A stretch of 31,616 bases of DNA from a virus (Duplodnaviria; Caudoviricetes), in IMG/VR virus record IMGVR_UViG_3300021185_000008, positions 1-31,616 of that record. One strand, 5' to 3'. A program made the translations under genes and the position numbers. The first letter of the stretch is position 1; the number at the start of each line of letters is the position of its first letter. The notes beneath the pieces are model-generated. The model searched no databases. It saw nothing but the letters and a program-made list of their open reading frames with translations, and was not told the origin of the DNA. This document shows positions 1 through 8,170 of the stretch, in pieces.

Positions 1-127
1 TAACTTCTTATCTCTCTCGCTACTCCGTTTCTAGGTAATTTCATTTAAGTTTTTTATATATTGATATTATAGTATATCCGATAGCTAATAAAAGGGATAC
101 CGTTTGTAATACTGGGTTTGCCTCTGA
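1..127. repeat. Direct terminal repeat, copy 1 (identical to 31490-31616)
   Basis: 127 nt exact match between the two ends. It cuts through coding sequence, consistent with a circular-assembly overlap. Confidence 0.97.
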
Positions 128-181
128 GACACTTAATCCAAGGGCAAACAAATTCGTGACTGCAATCTTCAAGTCTTCCAT
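41..181 (-). CDS. Small membrane protein, holin-like (46 aa, not in ORF track)
   Basis: Hand-translated MEDLKIAVTNLFALGLSVSEANPVLQTVSLLLAIGYTIISIYKKLK. Hydrophobic helix with basic C-tail; its stop overlaps (ATGA) the start of the next lysis-region gene. Confidence 0.7.
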   Translation of the reverse strand: MEDLKIAVTNLFALGLSVSEANPVLQTVSLLLAIGYTIISIYKKLK

Positions 182-182
182 T

Positions 183-677
183 TTATTCTACTAAATCCCA
201 AGATTGATTTTCTTCGTTCCAATTATAAAAAATTGTTCCATAATCTGAAGGGTAATCAATCGGGGGTTGCCAACGCCATAAATCTTCATCCCATACCCAA
301 GAAGCAAATGGTTGTTCGGGTGTATATAAATCCCAAGATTGATCTGCTTCATTCCAAGAATACATTTTCCCATCAGTTGGATAAGATACTGGAGCTTGCC
401 AATCAAAATCTGAATCTAATACCCAAGAATCAAATGGACTTGGCGAAATAAAAACATCATTTGTTGAATCATATTTGTAACCCACCGCGGCGAATTGTTT
501 TCTAAAATTTCCGTTGTAAGAAGTTTGAATCCAAGTTGCACTTCCAAATAAAGAATTCAAAAATGTTTTTCCTTTGTATTCAGATTCAGTATTGTCAGCC
601 CTTAAAAGAACTTCATTATTTACAACAACCACTTCTGTCACAATATTGTTTGAGTCTAATTTTGCAAAATGTGCCAT
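183..677 (-). CDS. Trp-rich fibre-associated protein (putative fibre partner/chaperone)
   Basis: MAHFAKLDxNNIV start, duplicated P-F-x-S-W-V...W-Q-x-P...Y-x-W-N-E-x-x-Q-S-W-D-L unit, directly downstream of the Gly-rich fibre gene. Confidence 0.6.
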   Translation of the reverse strand: MAHFAKLDSNNIVTEVVVVNNEVLLRADNTESEYKGKTFLNSLFGSATWIQTSYNGNFRKQFAAVGYKYDSTNDVFISPSPFDSWVLDSDFDWQAPVSYPTDGKMYSWNEADQSWDLYTPEQPFASWVWDEDLWRWQPPIDYPSDYGTIFYNWNEENQSWDLVE

Positions 678-678
678 A

Positions 679-1608
679 TCAATGTGTATAAGAACCGCTT
701 CCGGTAAATGTTAAAATTGTGTCGCTCCCGTCAGTTGTCACGGTTGGGCTTCCAGTTGTTGTCCCCGAATAAGTAGAAGTCGGAAATCTTAAGATGACAA
801 CACCCGAACCACCCGCAGAACCATTTCGCAAATAATTTCCAGTATGTGCGCCCCCACCACCGCCTCCAGTATTTGAAGTTCCCGCACTTGAATTTCTAAA
901 TGTTCCCGCAGCTTGACCACCACCTTCAGAACCCCGACAATTTGAACCTTCTGCCGTTTGTGTTCCACCAATTCCACCGCCTCCGCGACCTACTGAAGAA
1001 CCAGTTATTGATGAATAAGCCCCATCACTATCGGTTGTTGACGGCCCTGCGCCACCTCCAGACCCTGCGGATTGTGTACCATCACACGTCGTTGTGTGGC
1101 CATTACTACCTTGATTTGAAGTTCCGGTTCCAGATGAACAAGGCGTCTGGTTTTGTGTGTTACCACCACCACCTCCAGAACCACCATTGTTTCCATTTTC
1201 GTGTGAATTACAAGAACCAACCTTTGATGCACCACCACCACCACCGCCAATTGAAGTGATTGTTGTTAGTCCGCTAGCTGAAATTGACGAATTTGTTCCA
1301 TTATTTCCGCCATTCGTACCAGTAGATGTCGAATTTCCAGTCGGTGTTGCACCACCTGCTCCAACCGTAATGTTGTAAGTCGTTCCGCTGACAAGCGTAA
1401 ATGGTGTTTCTGTTGATGACCCTGCGCCAGAATCTTCGGTCAAATAAGAATTTCTATAACCTCCGGCACCTCCGCCACCGCCATTTCGATAATTGTACAA
1501 AGGCCCCGTATAAGGCCCACCCGAACCTCCGCCCGCAATGACTAGATAAGATGCAATTGCTTCAGCACTTCCTGCAATACCTCCGAAAATAAAACTTTGT
1601 CCGATCAT
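679..1608 (-). CDS. Glycine-rich tail fibre / receptor-binding protein
   Basis: YLVIAGGGSGG...GGGGAGGY...ITVGAGG...GGSGGGGG...NTGGGGGG...GGSGVVILR pattern typical of phage glycine-rich domain proteins. Confidence 0.7.
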   Translation of the reverse strand: MIGQSFIFGGIAGSAEAIASYLVIAGGGSGGPYTGPLYNYRNGGGGGAGGYRNSYLTEDSGAGSSTETPFTLVSGTTYNITVGAGGATPTGNSTSTGTNGGNNGTNSSISASGLTTITSIGGGGGGASKVGSCNSHENGNNGGSGGGGGNTQNQTPCSSGTGTSNQGSNGHTTTCDGTQSAGSGGGAGPSTTDSDGAYSSITGSSVGRGGGGIGGTQTAEGSNCRGSEGGGQAAGTFRNSSAGTSNTGGGGGGAHTGNYLRNGSAGGSGVVILRFPTSTYSGTTTGSPTVTTDGSDTILTFTGSGSYTH

Positions 1609-1609
1609 A

Positions 1610-2212
1610 TTAAGATGCTATTTGTGAAATTGAATACCAAAATTCAGTTGATGAAACACAAAGGATTTGAATGAAGTTTTTTGTTGACGATGTGTCATCA
1701 TATTCCCCCGCAATTAAATTAAATGTTCCGCTTGCACCACCAACGGTGAATGCTAATGTATAAGATGAACCTGCTCCTGTTACAATGATTGCCTTAGTGA
1801 TTCCAACTTTTGGGTTTGTAATGTTTAACGTCGTGCTTGATGTTGGGGTTAATGTAAACACTTGAGCAGCATCAAAATCAACGTCAACGGTTGCCGCCGC
1901 AGTTAGTGCATTGGATGTAGTAAATTCATCGTCAATTTTTTCGTATGAAACCGCATCATTTGCAATAGTCAAAGCTCCTGAGCCTGTTACGTCACCCGTA
2001 TGCGTTGCATTAGGTTCTGAGTTAGTTACTGTTACATTTCCTGTCGCTTGATCTACAGAGATACCTGTACCTGCTATAATACTACCTACATCACCGGCAT
2101 CGTCTGTGTATAGCTCTGTAAAATTGTCATTAACCTTATCAAAGGCCGTTCTCAAGGGATCGCCACTACCATCATTAGCGGTGGTTCCTATGTTTATTGT
2201 CTGTTTAGCCAT
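1610..2212 (-). CDS. Tail fibre/spike with baseplate-anchor N-terminus
   Basis: N-terminal MAKQTINIGTTANDGSGDPLRTAFDKVNDNFTELY motif of T4 gp9/gp10-like anchors, then HTGDVTG fibre repeat. Confidence 0.7.
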   Translation of the reverse strand: MAKQTINIGTTANDGSGDPLRTAFDKVNDNFTELYTDDAGDVGSIIAGTGISVDQATGNVTVTNSEPNATHTGDVTGSGALTIANDAVSYEKIDDEFTTSNALTAAATVDVDFDAAQVFTLTPTSSTTLNITNPKVGITKAIIVTGAGSSYTLAFTVGGASGTFNLIAGEYDDTSSTKNFIQILCVSSTEFWYSISQIAS

Positions 2213-2222
2213 TATTTATTAT

Positions 2223-2390
2223 TTAAAATTCTGTTGCGTCTGCTTTTATTATTGTTGTATCAGCTAATATTAATGTGGTATCAGATGTTAATAATGAACC
2301 ATCCGCGTCGGAAGGATAGATTATACCCCAACCATTTGCTTCATTAGTATTACCAAACCAACTTAATGGATATATAGATCCCCAACTCAT
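2223..2390 (-). CDS. Small putative virion protein (55 aa, not in ORF track)
   Basis: Hand-translated MSWGSIYPLSWFGNTNEANGWGIIYPSDADGSLLTSDTTLILADTTIIKADATEF. Fills the gap; preceded by a late promoter motif. Confidence 0.7.
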   Translation of the reverse strand: MSWGSIYPLSWFGNTNEANGWGIIYPSDADGSLLTSDTTLILADTTIIKADATEF

Positions 2391-2494
2391 TTCGCTTTAT
2401 TTATAGTATTACAATTATTTTTTTTGCTTTTTGTTATATAAGTAAGATACTGTTTCAACTTATTAACGTTATCCTGCTTTGGTTTATATTTCAT
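2387..2494 (-). CDS. Small basic hypothetical protein (35 aa)
   Basis: MKYKPKQDNVNKLKQYLTYITKSKKNNCNTINKAK; ATGA overlaps at both ends suggest translational coupling. Confidence 0.5.
   Translation of the reverse strand: MKYKPKQDNVNKLKQYLTYITKSKKNNCNTINKAK
2410..2436 (-). promoter_or_regulatory. Putative late promoter TAACA-N16-ATTGTA
   Basis: Exact motif with 16-nt spacer, upstream of the fibre module. Confidence 0.7.
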
Positions 2495-2994
2495 AACACC
2501 CAGCCCTCAAAACTTGCATCCTTGTCAGGATATACATCTGAATTATTATTGGTGTAATATTCAGGAAATTTACTAGAAGCGTTGTAGCTCATATAATCAA
2601 TAAATCTATCCGTATAATATTGCGCCGTATCCCTTTCCTTCTCTATTAGAAAATCAACTTCCTCTTTCGATACATTTTCAGCATTTTCTGAACTATGTTT
2701 AAATACGCCTTTGTTTGCTACAGTGTAAGCGGCAAAGGGTAAATATTCTACCATAGACCAATGTATGAGCATAGGTTTTACATGATCCGTTACTAAATCT
2801 AAATAATCCCCAGTTAAATTGGATGCTAATATATCTGCTTGTAGTTTATTATATAGGTCCGTGCCTATGTAATTTTGGATATGTATATCCTGAGCAATTT
2901 TAACATATTGTATAAATTTATCAGTATCAACATTCCCATTAACAGCTGTAAATTTTACTACATCTTTTCTTGTTACAAATAATGCTTGTGCCAT
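2491..2994 (-). CDS. Putative head-tail adaptor protein
   Basis: 167 aa helical protein directly after the portal (AQDIHIQNYIGTDLY...KPMLIHW); call rests on size and position. Confidence 0.55.
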   Translation of the reverse strand: MAQALFVTRKDVVKFTAVNGNVDTDKFIQYVKIAQDIHIQNYIGTDLYNKLQADILASNLTGDYLDLVTDHVKPMLIHWSMVEYLPFAAYTVANKGVFKHSSENAENVSKEEVDFLIEKERDTAQYYTDRFIDYMSYNASSKFPEYYTNNNSDVYPDKDASFEGWVL

Positions 2995-2997
2995 TTT

Positions 2998-4743
2998 TTA
3001 TCTATTTATAAATCCTTCTTTAGGCATATCTTTAGGACGCTTTGCTACCTTAGAATCATTTACCTCCGGTTTAAAACCTTCTTTTTTTGCTTTGTTTACA
3101 CTTATTTCCGCATTTGGATTTGTTGCATCTGGTTTAACATCTTTAGCCATATATGTTTTACGCATCCAAAAATGGTGGCACGATCCCCCACCTTTATAGA
3201 GCCATATATCGTAAGTTGAATTAGATCCCTTCGGTCCCCAACCTGCATTTACAGCTTTTGTGCTCATTTGCATTATATCCTCTTTTCTGTATATCTTTTT
3301 ATCCTTAATCATTTTTTGGCAAAAGCTTCTACTTACATTTTTACCTTCCCTCATCGTTTCTTTTAAAGGGGAATATTGGTAGCGAACTTTAAATTTCATA
3401 TTATCCGACTCACCATCCTGACTACTTTTTGCATTAGGCCTTGCAGTTCCAGTAGAAGCTAGCCCAATCATTTTATCCAATGTTTCCTCTTGATCGTAAT
3501 CAACCTGCCTTTCATCTACTAATTCCCAGTTTTCTAAATCCTCTTCCTCTCCAAAGTCAGATAGTAGATCAAACATTTTTTCGTCTGTTTGTGGTTTTAT
3601 TTCCGAAAGCTTTACGCCGGTCTCTTCCTCGCGTGCTTCATCTGTAATAGCATTGTCTGTTTCTATAAATGCTAAGGGCTGTAAAGTCTTAAAATAAAGC
3701 TTTAAAGAAATACCGTTAACTGCTAAAATATCATCCATGCAGTCCGTTAATAAATCTTGATAAGGTTTTATAGTAATGTTATCAAAAAGCAAAGCAGCGG
3801 TCTTTATTTCATCCGCATTCGATCCCAAACCATTGTTATCTGTTCTAATACCTAACAATAATGGACTTGTTACTCTATGGGATACTATTAATTTAGCAGA
3901 ACATTCACTTGCTAAATATTCATAATGAGCTGGGGCATCATTTAAGGGTATATCATCTACTGTTGTTTTGCTTTCAGCATTATTGTTAAATGCAATAATT
4001 ACCTTTTCTCCCCTTGCTCCGGTTAATTTATGCATTACATCGTTTTTCACTTGCAATTGCTTTTCCTTATCCGGTACGCCATTATTAAAGTTTACTACTT
4101 TAGTTCCACTAAAACCGTTTTGTACGTCATTAATTAAATAATCCGCAATCTCTGATTCTAGTTCAGCATACGCCAAACCACCCTGGTAATCCACGGGGCA
4201 ATAATAATCATATCCCGATACGTATTTTTTTACGATCTTAATTTCTGGCTCATTACCATTACCACAACCAAATGCTGCTATACGCTGAGGTTTATCGCTT
4301 CTTTTTACTTCTTTCCAGTTAGGGTGATAGTAGTAAGCTTCTATCTTACCCTCCTCATTCATTTTTTCTGCGCGTAAAGTTTGGCGCGGAAAATGTTCAG
4401 CGCTTATAACTTTCCCTTTTTTATATAAAATCTGAAAAGATCCCTCTCCTAATAATTTAAGATCTAAAATAACTTTTCTTAAACAATTATCCCCTACGAT
4501 AGATCGTAAGGAAGCATATTCATCTGGTTTTTTGCTACTATCCAAAGCATCTAAACCTTTACCGTAAATCATATTGCTCACACCATTAATAATAGAGTGG
4601 TTAGTAGCAGATTCAGTATATAGATTAATTAAATATGAATAGTAATCATTATCATCCCCGTATTCAACCCATTCACGATTTTTATCCTCGCTAATTTTAG
4701 GTCTGTTATAAGATGCTAAGTTAACTATATGTAGATTATCCAT
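2998..4743 (-). CDS. Portal protein with C-terminal Cys/His extension (MuF-like)
   Basis: WVEYGDDNDY...SATNHSII...NGFSG...HRVTSPLLLGI...IKPYQ portal core (~360 aa), then a ~200 aa extension with SRSFC...KGGGSCHHFW. Confidence 0.8.
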   Translation of the reverse strand: MDNLHIVNLASYNRPKISEDKNREWVEYGDDNDYYSYLINLYTESATNHSIINGVSNMIYGKGLDALDSSKKPDEYASLRSIVGDNCLRKVILDLKLLGEGSFQILYKKGKVISAEHFPRQTLRAEKMNEEGKIEAYYYHPNWKEVKRSDKPQRIAAFGCGNGNEPEIKIVKKYVSGYDYYCPVDYQGGLAYAELESEIADYLINDVQNGFSGTKVVNFNNGVPDKEKQLQVKNDVMHKLTGARGEKVIIAFNNNAESKTTVDDIPLNDAPAHYEYLASECSAKLIVSHRVTSPLLLGIRTDNNGLGSNADEIKTAALLFDNITIKPYQDLLTDCMDDILAVNGISLKLYFKTLQPLAFIETDNAITDEAREEETGVKLSEIKPQTDEKMFDLLSDFGEEEDLENWELVDERQVDYDQEETLDKMIGLASTGTARPNAKSSQDGESDNMKFKVRYQYSPLKETMREGKNVSRSFCQKMIKDKKIYRKEDIMQMSTKAVNAGWGPKGSNSTYDIWLYKGGGSCHHFWMRKTYMAKDVKPDATNPNAEISVNKAKKEGFKPEVNDSKVAKRPKDMPKEGFINR

Positions 4744-5084
4744 TAGAATGTAATAAATTCATTATCTGTATCATTTGATATATATTCACCTGTATTAACT
4801 GAATATTGTGGTAGGTCTGTTTCATTCGTGCAGAATATCTTATCCCTATAAACAATACTAGCTCCAGTTATTTCTAGTGTGTAAAAAACATCCTGCTTTA
4901 AATTAAAAATGTCACTATATGAATTGTAATATAAGGCTTCCGCTATACTGGTTGTGTCCTGATTATACACTTCAGTGTTAGTGGATTCATTAATTATTTT
5001 AACATTATAGGTACCACCAAGCGTAAATTGTCTTGGTATAAACTTTATTGTTTGCGCGGATGAACTCTCCTGTAAAACTATCAT
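4743..5084 (-). CDS. Hypothetical structural protein
   Basis: 113 aa beta-rich ORF, coupled to the portal (TAATG), preceded by a late promoter motif. Confidence 0.6.
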   Translation of the reverse strand: MIVLQESSSAQTIKFIPRQFTLGGTYNVKIINESTNTEVYNQDTTSIAEALYYNSYSDIFNLKQDVFYTLEITGASIVYRDKIFCTNETDLPQYSVNTGEYISNDTDNEFITF

Positions 5085-5089
5085 AATAT

Positions 5090-5116
5090 TACAATAGTTA
5101 TTTTTGTATTTTGTTA
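5090..5116 (-). promoter_or_regulatory. Putative late promoter TAACA-N16-ATTGTA
   Basis: Exact motif; ends 5 nt before the ATG at 5084. Confidence 0.75.
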
Positions 5117-5119
5117 AAT

Positions 5120-5146
5120 AAAAAAGGGCAGCATATAGCCACCCTC
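5120..5146 (-). terminator. Rho-independent terminator after major tail gene
   Basis: Minus strand AGGGTGGC-TATAT-GCTGCCCT followed by a T-run. Confidence 0.75.
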
Positions 5147-5166
5147 CTTATTAAATGAAACTCGGT

Positions 5167-5724
5167 TTAAGAGTTTGTTCCCACTACAATACTTGGTGAT
5201 GCTGAACTCATTGCATCAAATGGATAAGTTGCCGATGTTGGGTCGGTTGTGCTAATAAAATTAGCTGGTTCAACCTCTTGTGCATTAAGTGTAAGCGTGT
5301 AACCTGAAAGATCAGCCATTGCTGCTCCAGTTACAACTGTACCTCCATTAAGGTCTGCTCCATGGGATAATCCCATCATAAATACATTTCCATTATAATC
5401 CTCCACTGCGACATGGGGTCTACCATAAGCTAGGAGTTTCAATTCCTTATTATCTTCTTTTGATAATTTCTTAAGTGTTAAGGAAAGTGTTTGATCAAAG
5501 AAAGTTGTTCCGTTTTCTCTTGAGGAAGTAATAGCTTGCTCGAAGCTACTATTACCTTTTAATTCATATTTGTAGGCATTAAAAGTCCCTGATAAATCCG
5601 TAATTTCGTCATCAGTTTTAGTTACAGTACCAAGATCGCCAAAATCAACGAAATATACTGCTTTCAAACCTCCGATAGAATCTTTACAGGGTTCTTTTCG
5701 TCCCGCTGTTAAATCACAAGCCAT
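5167..5724 (-). CDS. Putative major tail (tube) protein
   Basis: MACDLTAGRKEPCKDSIGGLKAVYF...SRENGTTFFDQTL...DLSGYTLTL; 185 aa, follows the capsid gene and is flanked by terminators. Confidence 0.65.
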   Translation of the reverse strand: MACDLTAGRKEPCKDSIGGLKAVYFVDFGDLGTVTKTDDEITDLSGTFNAYKYELKGNSSFEQAITSSRENGTTFFDQTLSLTLKKLSKEDNKELKLLAYGRPHVAVEDYNGNVFMMGLSHGADLNGGTVVTGAAMADLSGYTLTLNAQEVEPANFISTTDPTSATYPFDAMSSASPSIVVGTNS

Positions 5725-5738
5725 AAGTTTTTTTTATT

Positions 5739-5779
5739 AAAAAAAGGGTAGGCAGATCAATTACCACCTACCCCTTTTT
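5739..5779 (-). terminator. Rho-independent (possibly bidirectional) terminator after capsid gene
   Basis: A7-GGGTAGG...CCTACCC-CTTTTT inverted repeat. Confidence 0.75.
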
Positions 5780-5796
5780 ATTGGTTAATTATTTTA

Positions 5797-6741
5797 TTAG
5801 ATTCCGTAAGAGACTATTTCGCTTACGATTCCGTACTGTACACCTGCTGTAAATCTCATGACAACTCTCACATTTTGAGAACCATCGATATCAGCCATAT
5901 CAATTACTTTCACTTCATTCTGATCGGATAAAAGACCAGTACCAAAATAAAGGTTAGATTTTTCAGCAGCAATAGCAGTATTATCTGCCAATCCATTAGC
6001 TACAAAGATCTTAACTCCGTCGAACGTAAGTGACCCATTATTCCACCATTGTGTTCCCATTGCGTTTGTACCATTAGCACCTAATCCTGATGTTCCAAAT
6101 CCTCCTAAAGCTCTTACATATGCTCTTGCAATATTTTGAGAGACATATAGATTGATATCTTCGGAACCATAAATGGTTGTAGGGATGGCATCTACAATAG
6201 AACCTAATTCAGCAATTACTGTAGAAGCAGCACCAATTGCTGAACTTCCTGCAATTTTATTCCCTCCTGTATGTGCAGCATCTGCATCCAGTAAAGTAGT
6301 TAATCCATCAAACTGTCCACTGGTTGCTGTTGTACCTTCCCAGATAGATGTTTCTGTTCTTTGTGCTACTTTAGCAGCTACATGTGAAATTAAAAAATCA
6401 CTAAATGAAGATGGTAGATTATCAAAAGCTGAATATCCCATTGAAATTGCCTCCCAATCATTTTGGAAATCTTTTTTACATAATTGTAAGTTTACTTGCT
6501 GATATTCAGGTTGTAAAACTCTTTCATCTAATGTAAGTGTAGAAGTAGGATCAAAATCACAAGATGCATCTTTTACGATATCATCTGTAGATACTGTTTT
6601 AAGTACTTCCTTAAATTTAATATTGGGCTTAACTGTAATCCCTCCATTTTCAATTGTTGAACCACTTAGCAGCGCAGCGGAAATATATTGTCCCGCAAAC
6701 TCACCGGCATAAGTAGTTGTAATACTTGTTGTCGTTGGCAT
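5797..6741 (-). CDS. Major capsid protein
   Basis: 314 aa, TYAGEFAGQYISAAL start; downstream of protease and scaffold, followed by a terminator. Confidence 0.8.
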   Translation of the reverse strand: MPTTTSITTTYAGEFAGQYISAALLSGSTIENGGITVKPNIKFKEVLKTVSTDDIVKDASCDFDPTSTLTLDERVLQPEYQQVNLQLCKKDFQNDWEAISMGYSAFDNLPSSFSDFLISHVAAKVAQRTETSIWEGTTATSGQFDGLTTLLDADAAHTGGNKIAGSSAIGAASTVIAELGSIVDAIPTTIYGSEDINLYVSQNIARAYVRALGGFGTSGLGANGTNAMGTQWWNNGSLTFDGVKIFVANGLADNTAIAAEKSNLYFGTGLLSDQNEVKVIDMADIDGSQNVRVVMRFTAGVQYGIVSEIVSYGI

Positions 6742-6752
6742 AATTTAATTGT

Positions 6753-7346
6753 TTATTTTTTAATATTAGAAATTCTTTGTAACACTCTATCGGCAGTAGT
6801 CATAGTTCTTTTTTGTGCAAATAGATTTAAATTTTTCTTGGTTTCAGTTTCTGGGTTATGTGTTACTTTAGCAACCGGCTCTTCAACAGAACTTAATTCC
6901 TCTTTCACCTCATCAACTTTTTCTTCTAAAACATCCTCGCTCATCTCCTCTTCTTTTTTAGGATCAAGCATTGATTTAATTTCATCGATCATAGCTTTAA
7001 CCTCCGCTAGATCTTCCTTAGTAGCATATTTCATTTCCTCTTTTTCTTCCTCAGCCGCTTCAACTTCTTCAGATTCCTCTTCTTTAACTTCTTCAGCTGC
7101 ACCAATAGACGAAATTACTCCTTCTTCCTCCACTTTTAACATTTCGCCATCTTCAAGGGTATAATCCCCTATAGGTAAGGCTACCTTTTCATCTTCAGTA
7201 ATAATAAAGACTTCATTACCTGCTTCAAAGTTTTCACTTTCGATAACAGTACCATTCTCCAAGGTAGCTTGCGCTAACGTAACTTCATTGGATGCTTCTA
7301 CTCCAACAAGTTCTTTTACTTTATTTAACATTTCAGTTGCTTTCAT
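6753..7346 (-). CDS. Scaffold protein
   Basis: Very acidic, coiled-coil C-half; LPIGDYTLEDG N-domain; immediately upstream of the capsid gene. Confidence 0.7.
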   Translation of the reverse strand: MKATEMLNKVKELVGVEASNEVTLAQATLENGTVIESENFEAGNEVFIITEDEKVALPIGDYTLEDGEMLKVEEEGVISSIGAAEEVKEEESEEVEAAEEEKEEMKYATKEDLAEVKAMIDEIKSMLDPKKEEEMSEDVLEEKVDEVKEELSSVEEPVAKVTHNPETETKKNLNLFAQKRTMTTADRVLQRISNIKK

Positions 7347-7352
7347 ATGTAT

Positions 7353-7379
7353 TACAATAATTTGTTTGTAAGGTTGTTA
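7353..7379 (-). promoter_or_regulatory. Putative late promoter TAACA-N16-ATTGTA
   Basis: Exact motif; ends 6 nt before the scaffold ATG. Confidence 0.75.
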
Positions 7380-7392
7380 TATTTTTAATAAA

Positions 7393-7761
7393 TTAGATAG
7401 AAAACATATTTGCTAAATTAGATACAGGAACTTTAGCTGCAACATCACTGATGCCATCAGTCCATTTATCTATCCAATTTGGTGGATCTTCTCCTATCAC
7501 TTTATAAGCGGCAACAAGATCGGATGCTAATTTAAATGCTTCTTTCCTGTTTTGTGTTAACTTATCTTTTATTTTTTGATTCCGTCTATTAATTGTTTGG
7601 AATTCTTTTTCAACTTTTTGTGCATCTACTTTTGCTGAAGCATACATATCTATAGATTCATTAAATAAGGTATCTAATTTACTTTTACTTAATTCTACTT
7701 TAACTATATCCTTATTGTTTTCAGCTAATTTTGTAAGTATTCTTTTAACTTCTGGTTTCAT
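7393..7761 (-). CDS. Hypothetical helical protein, possible internal head protein
   Basis: 122 aa coiled-coil ORF within the head operon with its own promoter motif. Confidence 0.6.
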   Translation of the reverse strand: MKPEVKRILTKLAENNKDIVKVELSKSKLDTLFNESIDMYASAKVDAQKVEKEFQTINRRNQKIKDKLTQNRKEAFKLASDLVAAYKVIGEDPPNWIDKWTDGISDVAAKVPVSNLANMFSI

Positions 7762-7775
7762 GCTCTCTTTTTTAT

Positions 7776-7802
7776 TATAATAATATGTTTAACGTTTTGT
7801 TA
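7776..7802 (-). promoter_or_regulatory. Putative late promoter variant TAACA-N16-ATTATA
   Basis: Same spacing, one mismatch in the downstream box. Confidence 0.6.
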
Positions 7803-7807
7803 TATTT

Positions 7808-8170
7808 TTAATTTGCTGCAATACATTCATCGCAATCACTATATAATGTAGCTGTATTTATATGTATACCCTCGTGGCTTCTTTCTTCCAAAATAGTATG
7901 ACAACCAGAATGTCCATTTTGTAATACTATATAATATACAGCACCAACTGTTAATGTTCCGTGGTAATGCACATTATGCTCATGGGCATCAGAACAACCA
8001 GCTATTCTATATCCTTGAAAAGGTGTTGGGTCGTGGGCTGTAATATTTCCAATACCCTGTGCTTGGAAGTTACCATCACAACATTTCCTTGAATAAGTTC
8101 TTCCATCATTACATAAACAACCCCTTCTGTCGTTTTGTGGGCTTGGATTTCTTTCTTTATAATCTCTCAT
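7808..8170 (-). CDS. Cys/His-rich hypothetical protein
   Basis: RRGCLCNDGRTYSRKCCDG...QGIG N-terminus and CSD...CH...CDEC C-terminus; coupled to the protease gene. Confidence 0.65.
   Translation of the reverse strand: MRDYKERNPSPQNDRRGCLCNDGRTYSRKCCDGNFQAQGIGNITAHDPTPFQGYRIAGCSDAHEHNVHYHGTLTVGAVYYIVLQNGHSGCHTILEERSHEGIHINTATLYSDCDECIAAN

Noticed and set aside
190-445. Repeat pair as a diversity-generating retroelement TR/VR
   Set aside because: No reverse transcriptase in the genome, both copies are in frame in one gene, and differences are not adenine-specific.
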